A DNA stretch of 32,000 nt from an uncultured Candidatus Saccharibacteria bacterium. Lineage in GTDB: Bacteria; Patescibacteriota; UBA1384; XYA2-FULL-43-10; 1-14-0-10-43-13. The position numbers and the translations under genes are program-made. The notes beneath the pieces are model-generated. The model was not told the origin of the DNA and did no database searches. It saw nothing but the letters and a program-made list of their open reading frames with translations. Location of the stretch: contig CAZIYE010000004.1 in assembly GCA_964543385.1 (NCBI GenBank), positions 17,233 to 49,232 on the forward strand. The letters are read 5' to 3'. Each line of letters opens with the position of its first letter. Within the stretch, counting starts at the first letter, position 1. Positions 25,529 to 32,000 of the stretch are shown here, in pieces.

Positions 25529-26119
25529 TTAACTCTCGATTTCGATGATCATATAACCGACAAGAGTTCTTACATCTCTTACTTTTAATTTATCCAGATC
25601 AGAGAAAGAATTACTATAAAATAGACTATTCATCTTCGGTGATAAAGTATCGGCGATCTTTGGGGGGGCTACAACTCCAGCTGCCTTTATTTCTTTGAGG
25701 TTAAATAGAATTTTTCCGTTATTACTGATTGGGACAAACAGCACATCAACTGGGACACCCCAAAAACCGTTAGCCGTTTTCCCAGAAATAATAATTCCCT
25801 CTGATTTTATTTTAAGAGTTGGGCTTTTCAACGGAAAATCCGAACGAGATATGCCAATTGTCTTCGATAATTCTTCTTCTGATATCTTTATCTCAATTGT
25901 TTTTAATTCTCCAGACTTTGCTTTTTCGCCATTAAATAGATCGGCGAAAGATACCCCCTTAGGTATGTTTTTGATATAAAAGCCATTAAGGGGTGACCAG
26001 CTACTAAACCTAAGGTAAAATAACATGCCGACAATTAGAACAAAAATAGAACCTAAGAATATAAATACAGCTGTTAGGGTTATGCCCTCCTTGTGAGGCG
26101 CTATGTCATTATGTTTCAT
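25529..26119 (-). CDS. membrane-anchored hypothetical protein
   Basis: 196 aa with a single N-terminal TM helix (LTAVFIFLGSIFVLIVGMLFYL) and a soluble beta-rich remainder. Packed 1 nt from the phosphoesterase gene. No family recognised. Confidence 0.5.
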   Translation of the reverse strand: MKHNDIAPHKEGITLTAVFIFLGSIFVLIVGMLFYLRFSSWSPLNGFYIKNIPKGVSFADLFNGEKAKSGELKTIEIKISEEELSKTIGISRSDFPLKSPTLKIKSEGIIISGKTANGFWGVPVDVLFVPISNNGKILFNLKEIKAAGVVAPPKIADTLSPKMNSLFYSNSFSDLDKLKVRDVRTLVGYMIIEIES

Positions 26120-26133
26120 CTTCCCTCCGTTAT

Positions 26134-27180
26134 TTATTCATTCGCCTCTTCTAATATTCTTTGATATATAGGGTCTTTCCCGCATCCACCGGCTATAACT
26201 TCGCATAAGCCTAGGTGAAAATCATGATTACCTTCGATTAGAATAGGACCTTCCTTAGTAATTGCGATATCCCAGCCAGCTAATTTTACTGGAAGGATCT
26301 CAACAGTATCCCTAACTAGTTGTTTTACCTCTTCATAAAGAGGAATTTGGAAACCGTCAAAAACAAATTTTGTCTCAGGATGCTCTGTAAATATTTTACC
26401 GCCGGAATCTAATAGCTGAAGGGCTAACTTATTTAATTTTCCAGTTTCCAAGTCAAATCCAACCGAACCACCTCCGGCACAACCGTTGTCAACGCAACTC
26501 TTTCCACTACCAAAGCGAAAATATCCACCGATAAATTTTACTTCACTCTGATCATAATAAGAAACCAGCCTGACAGTGTTCACACTACCCGGAAAGACCT
26601 TTGCCAAGTCTGGATGCTGTACAATACATTTTTGAAAAACAAAGTTTGCTTTGCCAAGAATATTGAAGAAGTTAGAATCGCCTGTAAGATCTGACAGATT
26701 AATACGGTGGTGATTTCCTCCGCCGGACCCGTGTATCGGCTTAATAAATACCTCCGAAATGCCATCTTTAAAAATATTTTTCTTAAAGAAAGCAACTAAA
26801 TCATCTTGATTTCTAATCTTTGCTACTGTATTTCCAGAATAAAAAATATTTTGCATATTGAACCCAAGCATTTTTGGCGTTGCTACTTTCTTGCCATCAA
26901 AAAAATAGCTAAATAGTAGTTTATTCTCCAATATTTCTTCGACGCAAGGATTATGTATTTTTCTTGAACGATGAATCTTCGAAACGTTTTTATATGTCGA
27001 GATATAATCATTAATATTTTTGACGCCCTGTCGGTATAAAAAACGAGTAAAATAATATTTTGGCAGCTCACCATTTTTAAAGCCTAGATAAATAGCTTCC
27101 AAAATTATTCGGCAGATACTTTTACGCTCTGAATCACTTAAAACGCTTCTGATAATATTTGATTGACTATGATTGCTCAT
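26134..27180 (-). CDS. ATP-grasp ligase of the sugar-transfer-associated (ATPgrasp_ST) / alpha-L-glutamate-ligase-related type
   Basis: VFIKPIHGSGGGNHHRI, RLVSYY, GGYFRFG and GWDIAITKEGPILIEGN resemble this ATP-grasp subfamily. Start ambiguous: ATG 27180 (1 nt after the murJ stop) is chosen; ATG 27207 (ORF track) would overlap murJ by 26 nt. Confidence 0.65.
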   Translation of the reverse strand: MSNHSQSNIIRSVLSDSERKSICRIILEAIYLGFKNGELPKYYFTRFLYRQGVKNINDYISTYKNVSKIHRSRKIHNPCVEEILENKLLFSYFFDGKKVATPKMLGFNMQNIFYSGNTVAKIRNQDDLVAFFKKNIFKDGISEVFIKPIHGSGGGNHHRINLSDLTGDSNFFNILGKANFVFQKCIVQHPDLAKVFPGSVNTVRLVSYYDQSEVKFIGGYFRFGSGKSCVDNGCAGGGSVGFDLETGKLNKLALQLLDSGGKIFTEHPETKFVFDGFQIPLYEEVKQLVRDTVEILPVKLAGWDIAITKEGPILIEGNHDFHLGLCEVIAGGCGKDPIYQRILEEANE

Positions 27181-27181
27181 C

Positions 27182-28765
27182 TTATTCTTTATTGTTAGAC
27201 TCACCATTAATTTTTCTTGTGACTGCCCATTTCATTTCTTCTTGATCAAAGAAATAGCTAAGGGTAAAGAAGACAATTGCGCCGGAGACACAAGCAATAA
27301 TAGTTTGTGTTAAAACGCCAAAAAATCTGGTCATATCAACATAGAGAGATGCAATATGCATAGATGACCAAACTGCAACGCCCATAGCCATTGAGATTAT
27401 AAATGTAACCGCATAAGACCGAAGAAGATTCTTGTCCAAAACACCAGGGTATTTTTTATTGAGGAAATAGCTCAAGGTAAAAGCATTAAAATAACTACCT
27501 ATAGTGAATGCAAGTGCAAGGCCAGCAACTGAATAATATTTTGCCAAAGGAAAAGCAATTACGATGCTGACAACTACCGTTGCAATAGAACAGTACATTG
27601 GCGTTCTAGTATTTTTCATTGCATAGAAAGCCCTGCTAAAAAGGGGTACAAGGCCCTGAGCCAAAATGGACAATGAAAAGAATCCAAGCGCCAGAGCTGT
27701 CATCCTAGTATCACTCCAATCAAATTTACCTGACCCATAAAGAAGCCTGACAATTTGAGCCCTTAGAAGAATAAAGACAAAAGTTGATGGAATCAAAAAG
27801 TAGCCTATTGCTCTCAAGGCTCTGTTTAGATAAAAAGCAAATTCTTTTTCTTTTTTCTGAGCGATTTTGATGGCTAGCGTTGGGAATATCGCCGAAGAAA
27901 AGGCACTGCCCAAGACCATTACTGGGACAGATTGGATATTGTTGGCCAAAGTAAAAGCTGAAATGGAGCCGAAAGCCAGTGCTGAAGCAATGGCTGTATA
28001 GACTACTAGCATTACCTGGCCTGCTCCCATACTTATTGACCGCGGAACCATCAGTTTGATTATCTTTATAATATTCTCGTCTTTAAAAGAAACTATTGGT
28101 CTATATCTATAACCTAATTTTATAATTGACGGAATAATAATTAACAGATGAAGAAATGAACCAGCGACAACGGCGTACACGACCCCTGTTATCCCATATT
28201 GGGGGGCTAAAAAGACAGCGCCACAAATAATTGCTATATTGTAGAAAATCGGAGAAAGCGAATATATGAAAAAACGCTTGAAACAATTTAACATACCGCC
28301 CAAAACATAGGAGACCGAGAAGAATATCGGTGTTAACATCAACAGCCTAGACAAACGTACAGCCTCTTGCATACGATATTGATCAAATTTTGGCACTACT
28401 ACAGCCATCAAATAAGGCATAATAGCAATCAAGATGACGGCCGAAATACTGACGAAAATAAGTCCTGCATTAATCAACATATTGGCTACTTTAAAACCAT
28501 CTTCTTCTTTCTTGTGAGCGATAAACTCTGAAAAAACCGGAATAAACGCGGAAACGATGGCACCGAGAATCAAAAGATTAAAAATAAGATCAGGAATACG
28601 AAAAGCAGCATAGTAGATATCAAGATTGTAGAGATCAATATTTTTTGTCAGGAAACGATCACGAAGAAGCCCTAGGACATTACTAATAGTCAAAGTAACT
28701 ATCAAGATAATGCTGGCGCCACGGACAGAATTATCCTTATTAAAAAGGTTTAAAATCCTTTTCAT
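27182..28765 (-). CDS. murJ: lipid II flippase MurJ (MviN family)
   Basis: 527-aa polytopic membrane protein. N-terminal pattern ...ISNVLGLLRDRFLTKN... and overall MOP-superfamily topology. ATGA overlap with the ftsH stop. Confidence 0.88.
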   Translation of the reverse strand: MKRILNLFNKDNSVRGASIILIVTLTISNVLGLLRDRFLTKNIDLYNLDIYYAAFRIPDLIFNLLILGAIVSAFIPVFSEFIAHKKEEDGFKVANMLINAGLIFVSISAVILIAIMPYLMAVVVPKFDQYRMQEAVRLSRLLMLTPIFFSVSYVLGGMLNCFKRFFIYSLSPIFYNIAIICGAVFLAPQYGITGVVYAVVAGSFLHLLIIIPSIIKLGYRYRPIVSFKDENIIKIIKLMVPRSISMGAGQVMLVVYTAIASALAFGSISAFTLANNIQSVPVMVLGSAFSSAIFPTLAIKIAQKKEKEFAFYLNRALRAIGYFLIPSTFVFILLRAQIVRLLYGSGKFDWSDTRMTALALGFFSLSILAQGLVPLFSRAFYAMKNTRTPMYCSIATVVVSIVIAFPLAKYYSVAGLALAFTIGSYFNAFTLSYFLNKKYPGVLDKNLLRSYAVTFIISMAMGVAVWSSMHIASLYVDMTRFFGVLTQTIIACVSGAIVFFTLSYFFDQEEMKWAVTRKINGESNNKE

Positions 28766-30573
28766 TTTTGTTTTTTATTTTCAGTAAAGTATTGATTGAA
28801 TTCAGTATCATTGATTGTTTCTTTTGCGAGAAGATCATCAGCAATCTTCTCAATAACTTTTTTATGAGTTTTTATGATATCGTCAGCACTTTTCTTGCCT
28901 ACGCGAATAAAGTTGGTGACTTCTTCGTCAATGATCTTGGCAATTTCTTCACTATAATTTCTATGTTCAGTATATTCCTTACCAAGAAATGGCATTTCAT
29001 CTCTGTGTCCATATATTTGAGGACCGAGCTTATCACTCATACCGAAGTCGGTTACCATTTTTCGCGCTAATTCGGTTGCTTTTTTCATATCATTAGAAGC
29101 ACCGGTAGTTATATTTTCTTTACCAAAGAATTCTTCTTCCGCGACTCGGCCAGCCATCAACGTTGCAATCTCATCCATGAAATGAGCCTTTGTTTGGAGA
29201 CGACGTTCTTCTGTCGGCATATTCCAAGTATAACCTAGAGCCATTCTTCTAGAAATAATTGAGATTTTGTGGACAGGATCTGCATTTGGCGATATGTGAC
29301 TAACTACTGCATGTCCAGCCTCATGGATAGCAGTTATGCGTCTTTCTTTCTCTGAGAGAACTCTGTTCTTTTTCTCAGGTCCCATCATGACTTTTTCAAT
29401 AGAGCTATTGAGATTATCCTGCGAAATAGTCTTTTTACCATCTCTAGCAGCCAATATTGCGGCTTCATTTGTCAAATTCTTTAAATCGGCGCCAGAAAAA
29501 CCAGGAGTTGACGCAGCTATTTTTTCTAATTTGACCTCGCCTTCAATAGGTTTATTTTTAGTATGAACTTTCAATATTTGCTCTCTTTCCTTACGATCTG
29601 GAAGATCAATATAAACTTGACGATCAAACCTACCTGGACGGAGAAGGGCAGGATCAAGTACGTCAGGACGATTTGTAGCAGCAACTATGATCACATTGTC
29701 TGTAGACTCAAATCCATCCATCTCAACCAATATTTGATTGAGTGTTTGTTCTCTTTCATCATGAGAACCGCCAAGACCGGAACCACGCTGACGCCCAATA
29801 GCGTCTAACTCATCGATAAAAATAATGGCTGGGGCATTTCTTTTTGCCTTTTGAAATAAATCTCTCACCCGGGAAGCACCAACACCTACAAACATCTCTA
29901 CGAACTCTGATGCGGAAATTGAAAAGAAGGGGACACCGGCTTCGCCAGCAACAGCCCTAGCCATCAAAGTTTTGCCAGTGCCCGGAGAACCTACAAGTAG
30001 AACACCTCTAGGTATTTCGGCGCCCAGATCTCGATATTTCTTCGGACTCTTTAGAAAATCAACTACTTCAAATAACTCTTGTTTGGCTTCTTCTGCACCT
30101 GCTACATCACCAAATGTAAATTTCTTGTTGCCAGCAAAAAGCTTGGCTGTGGATTTGCCAAAACTCATCGCCTTTGTATTTGCTCCCTGTGCAGATCTTA
30201 ACATGAAGAAGATGAAACCGCCTATCAACAAGATAGGTATGATAATTTGTAGTACCGAATACCAAGCAAAAGTGCTAGAAGTATCTTTGACATCGATTTG
30301 AACCTTGTCAGGTGTAATACCATAGTCCTTAATGCCTCCCTGAGTTGACTCTTTTATAGCCTTTATCTTCTGACCATTTTTCTTTGTGGCAGTGACTTCA
30401 TTGTTTTTTACTTCAACCTTGCTGATTTCACCTTTATCAACTTCTTGAGCAATTTCAGAGATAGAAACGCTTTTTATCTCAGGAGTCTTAGCAATAAAAC
30501 GATTTGAGATAAGGAAAAGCGCAACAATAATTATAATTATATAGATAACTGAGCGGTTGTAGTTTGTCTTCAC
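28762..30573 (-). CDS. ftsH: ATP-dependent zinc metalloprotease FtsH
   Basis: Two TM helices, AAA+ Walker [19 protein letters not shown], Walker [13 protein letters not shown], and HEAGHA zinc site. Start proposed at GTG 30573, with AAAGGA 7 nt upstream and just after the tilS stop. The ORF-track ATG at 30633 would overlap tilS by 50 nt. Confidence 0.95.
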   Translation of the reverse strand: MKTNYNRSVIYIIIIIVALFLISNRFIAKTPEIKSVSISEIAQEVDKGEISKVEVKNNEVTATKKNGQKIKAIKESTQGGIKDYGITPDKVQIDVKDTSSTFAWYSVLQIIIPILLIGGFIFFMLRSAQGANTKAMSFGKSTAKLFAGNKKFTFGDVAGAEEAKQELFEVVDFLKSPKKYRDLGAEIPRGVLLVGSPGTGKTLMARAVAGEAGVPFFSISASEFVEMFVGVGASRVRDLFQKAKRNAPAIIFIDELDAIGRQRGSGLGGSHDEREQTLNQILVEMDGFESTDNVIIVAATNRPDVLDPALLRPGRFDRQVYIDLPDRKEREQILKVHTKNKPIEGEVKLEKIAASTPGFSGADLKNLTNEAAILAARDGKKTISQDNLNSSIEKVMMGPEKKNRVLSEKERRITAIHEAGHAVVSHISPNADPVHKISIISRRMALGYTWNMPTEERRLQTKAHFMDEIATLMAGRVAEEEFFGKENITTGASNDMKKATELARKMVTDFGMSDKLGPQIYGHRDEMPFLGKEYTEHRNYSEEIAKIIDEEVTNFIRVGKKSADDIIKTHKKVIEKIADDLLAKETINDTEFNQYFTENKKQK

Positions 30574-30583
30574 GATAAATCCT

Positions 30584-31576
30584 TTATGAAATATTAATGT
30601 TGGATATAATAATTTTACCATCAAGGAGTTCAATTATCAACGAATGGGGAAGGAGCTTAAACTTTTTCCCTATGCCCTTTTTTAGCATCAATGCAGCTTC
30701 GTCTAAATGCTTGATAGTGATATTGTCAAGAGAGTACAACTGTTCGAGACCAAGACGCAATATCATAGCCTGGATGGAGGGGTGGAGGCTAAGCCATTTC
30801 TTATAATCAAAACAGATTTTATCACTCTTCGACTCTACAACAATTTTGTACATCTCTTGTTTTGCAATTTGTTCAATAAAATCATAATCACAGGAGGCAT
30901 TCTTTGATATATTTACCAGAGCAGAGGTAATACTGGGATTTAATTTTGCAAGATATGGGATAAGATTGGCACGAATTTCATTTCTAAAATAGTCCTGCGA
31001 AAGATTGGTCTTATCGATAACAAAAGGTATGCCTTCTTTTTCGAGAAAATCTTCCACCTCTTTTCGACAAATATCCAAAAGGGGACGAACAAAATTTTTC
31101 CTTTTGTAGGGGATCGATTTAAGTCCTCTGATTCCGGTACCACGGATAAATCTCATCATCACTGTTTCAGCCTGATCATTTTGATTGTGTGCAATAGCGA
31201 TGAGATCTCCTCTCCCCTCTTTTAGAATTTTTTCAAAAAAGTCATATCGGGCATTCCTGGCACTATTTTCCCCGATTAATTTTATTTTTTTATCAGCGCT
31301 ACCGACGACACAATCAATTCCAAGATCATGGCACTTTTCCTGAACAAATTTTTCATCAGCGTCGCTCTCCGCTCCCCTGAGTCGATGATTAAAATGGCAA
31401 GCCGAAACTTGTATGGAAAGTTTATCTCTCAAAGCTAAAAGTACAAAAAGTAAAGCGATGGAATCTGGTCCACCACTCAAGGCAACGACTACTCTATCGC
31501 CTATCTTAATCAGATCATGTTTGCAAATAGTCTGATAAACTTTGCCATAAATAGATTTTTGGGAAAATTGGTTCAT
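30584..31576 (-). CDS. tilS: tRNA(Ile)-lysidine synthase
   Basis: PP-loop VALSGGPDS near the N-terminus, NH..D.AET, and a short substrate-binding C-terminal domain. 330 aa. Classic tilS-ftsH adjacency. Confidence 0.92.
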   Translation of the reverse strand: MNQFSQKSIYGKVYQTICKHDLIKIGDRVVVALSGGPDSIALLFVLLALRDKLSIQVSACHFNHRLRGAESDADEKFVQEKCHDLGIDCVVGSADKKIKLIGENSARNARYDFFEKILKEGRGDLIAIAHNQNDQAETVMMRFIRGTGIRGLKSIPYKRKNFVRPLLDICRKEVEDFLEKEGIPFVIDKTNLSQDYFRNEIRANLIPYLAKLNPSITSALVNISKNASCDYDFIEQIAKQEMYKIVVESKSDKICFDYKKWLSLHPSIQAMILRLGLEQLYSLDNITIKHLDEAALMLKKGIGKKFKLLPHSLIIELLDGKIIISNINIS

Positions 31577-31600
31577 TATGCAGCCGGAATAGAATGTCTT

Positions 31601-31628
31601 TTTAAAAAAATCGGACTCTCTCCGATTT
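31601..31628 (-). terminator. intrinsic terminator downstream of the tRNA/tRNA-like unit, just upstream of tilS
   Basis: On the minus strand: AAATCGGA, loop GAGAG, TCCGATTT, followed by TTTTTTT (plus-strand arms 31608-31615 / 31621-31628, A-run 31604-31610). Confidence 0.55.
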
Positions 31629-31658
31629 ATTATATAACAATTTTTTAATACTAACTTG

Positions 31659-31686
31659 CCAACTTGTCTTTGGTAGCAGGGGGAGA
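31659..31686. repeat. direct repeat copy 1 (tRNA 3' end plus 3' flank)
   Basis: CAACTTGTCTTTGGTAGCAGGGGGAGAT matches 31814-31842 (CAACTTGTCCTTGGTAGCAGGGGGGAGAT) except for one C/T change and one G fewer. Confidence 0.8.
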
Positions 31687-31789
31687 TCTTGAGCGTCGCT
31701 TGCGCTCCTTCTAAAAACCGACGGTTTTTAGTATTTTCCTACACGGGAAACTCCCGTTTCCCGACCCCTTCCCTGTTCAAATCATCTGC
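31670..31789 (-). other. tRNA-derived structured element (degenerate tRNA-Met copy or possible small RNA)
   Basis: Minus strand reads GGCAG...GGGGTCGGGA...TCAAGATCTCCCCCTGCTACCA. It therefore keeps the 5' acceptor start, the variable/T-stem junction, a T-loop-like segment, the 3' acceptor and CCA of the neighbouring tRNA. It lacks D and anticodon arms. It carries three extra hairpins (plus-strand 31690-31706, 31710-31730, 31743-31762). Confidence 0.3.
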
Positions 31790-31827
31790 CAAGGACAAGC
31801 AGGCACTTTATGTCAACTTGTCCTTGG
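31788..31827 (-). other. 11-bp hairpin joining the tRNA CCA end to the tRNA-like element
   Basis: CCAAGGACAAG (31788-31798) and CTTGTCCTTGG (31817-31827) are exact reverse complements with an 18-nt loop. On the minus strand the 5' arm starts with the CCA of tRNA(CAU) and the 3' arm ends in the first GG of the tRNA-like element. Confidence 0.5.
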
Positions 31828-31842
31828 TAGCAGGGGGGAGAT
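31814..31842. repeat. direct repeat copy 2 (3' end of tRNA(CAU) plus 3' flank)
   Basis: See copy 1. This copy overlaps the 3' acceptor/T-stem of the intact tRNA. Confidence 0.8.
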
Positions 31843-31901
31843 TTGAACTCCCGACCCCAGGCTTATGAGTCCTGTGCTCTAACCAACTGAGCTACCCTGC
31901 C
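31825..31901 (-). tRNA. tRNA with CAU anticodon, elongator-Met-like (tRNA-Ile2/lysidine type cannot be excluded), CCA encoded
   Basis: Minus strand: GGCAGGG TA GCTC AGTTGGTTA GAGC A CAGGA CTCATAA GCCTG GGGTC GGGAG TTCAAAT CTCCC CCCTGCT A CCA. Has a G1-U72 pair and an A31/G39 mismatch. The D arm and anticodon loop match the elongator tRNA-Met pattern I remember from E. coli. Confidence 0.85.
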
Positions 31902-32000
31902 ATATTAAAAATGAATCAAGAATTATAAATCTAGAATCAGGGGATAAAACTAACGCCCACAATTCCCAATTCATGACTCATGATTCAAATTTTTTGGTAG

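Noticed and set aside
16434-31143. Other embedded ORFs (16434-16664, 17004-17321, 17125-17346, 18179-18478, 18989-19222, 19015-19200, 20731-21102, 21199-21411, 23366-23650, 24373-24645, 25093-25416, 25695-25979, 26580-26795, 26883-27074, 28768-29070, 29336-29566, 29563-29808, 29972-30301, 30597-30806, 30707-30907, 30940-31143).
   Set aside because: All overlap stronger same-locus genes on the opposite strand or in another frame and lack start-site signals.
31670-31789. tmRNA, SRP (4.5S) RNA, or an intron-containing tRNA as explanations for the tRNA-like element.
   Set aside because: It is too short, and I can find no tag-peptide reading frame ending in a typical hydrophobic C-terminus, so tmRNA is unlikely. 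It lacks the conserved SRP domain IV GGAA/AGCA loop pattern. The ~65-nt insertion is far too small for a group I intron and is not in the anticodon loop.
1-32000. Looked for CRISPR arrays, transposase/integrase genes, terminal inverted repeats of IS elements, and reverse transcriptase/retron or DGR signatures.
   Set aside because: I saw no regularly spaced direct repeats and no ORF with recombinase/RT motifs. The only notable direct repeat is the tRNA 3'-end duplication reported above.
1-32000. Alternative genetic code (UGA recoding as in some candidate phyla).
   Set aside because: All conserved genes are intact under the standard code, and TGA functions as the stop in ATGA overlaps (for example 1186-1189 and 24048-24051).
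31995-32000. The window ends in TGGTAG, the same string that forms the CCA end of the minus-strand tRNA, hinting at another tRNA just beyond the edge.
   Set aside because: Only 6 nt are visible, so this cannot be supported from the window.

Overview
A 32-kb segment of a low-GC, very gene-dense bacterial chromosome. It reads cleanly with the standard code: TGA serves as the stop in several ATGA start/stop overlaps. I call about 40 protein genes and two complete tRNAs (Lys-UUU on +, a CAU-anticodon Met-type on -). I found no rRNA, CRISPR array, transposase or integrase. Most genes are housekeeping: queA/queH, ruvA/B/C, yebC, a split comEC, grpE-dnaK-dnaJ, lepA, nfo, murJ, ftsH, tilS. Compact coupled operons, a split ComEC and a minimal DnaJ suggest a reduced-genome lineage such as Patescibacteria/CPR, but this is inference only. 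Four things stand out. (1) Two compositionally foreign single-gene cassettes, one at about 13.56-14.06 kb wedged between grpE and dnaK and one at about 19.75-20.30 kb. Each has its own promoter-like element, strong SD and hairpin terminator, and the two share a 12-nt promoter core. (2) A block of three ATP-grasp ligase genes plus a GalT-family HIT nucleotidyltransferase between ruvC and ruvA: two tandem stand-alone paralogs like the cyanophycin-synthetase G domain, and one PGM1-like peptide ligase. A fourth ATP-grasp gene sits next to murJ. (3) A perfect 12+12 bp palindrome inside the dnaK promoter where CIRCE/HAIR would be expected. (4) A hairpin-rich, tRNA-derived element of about 120 nt with a 28-29 nt direct repeat between tRNA(CAU) and tilS. 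All family assignments rest on motif recognition by eye; no searches were run.
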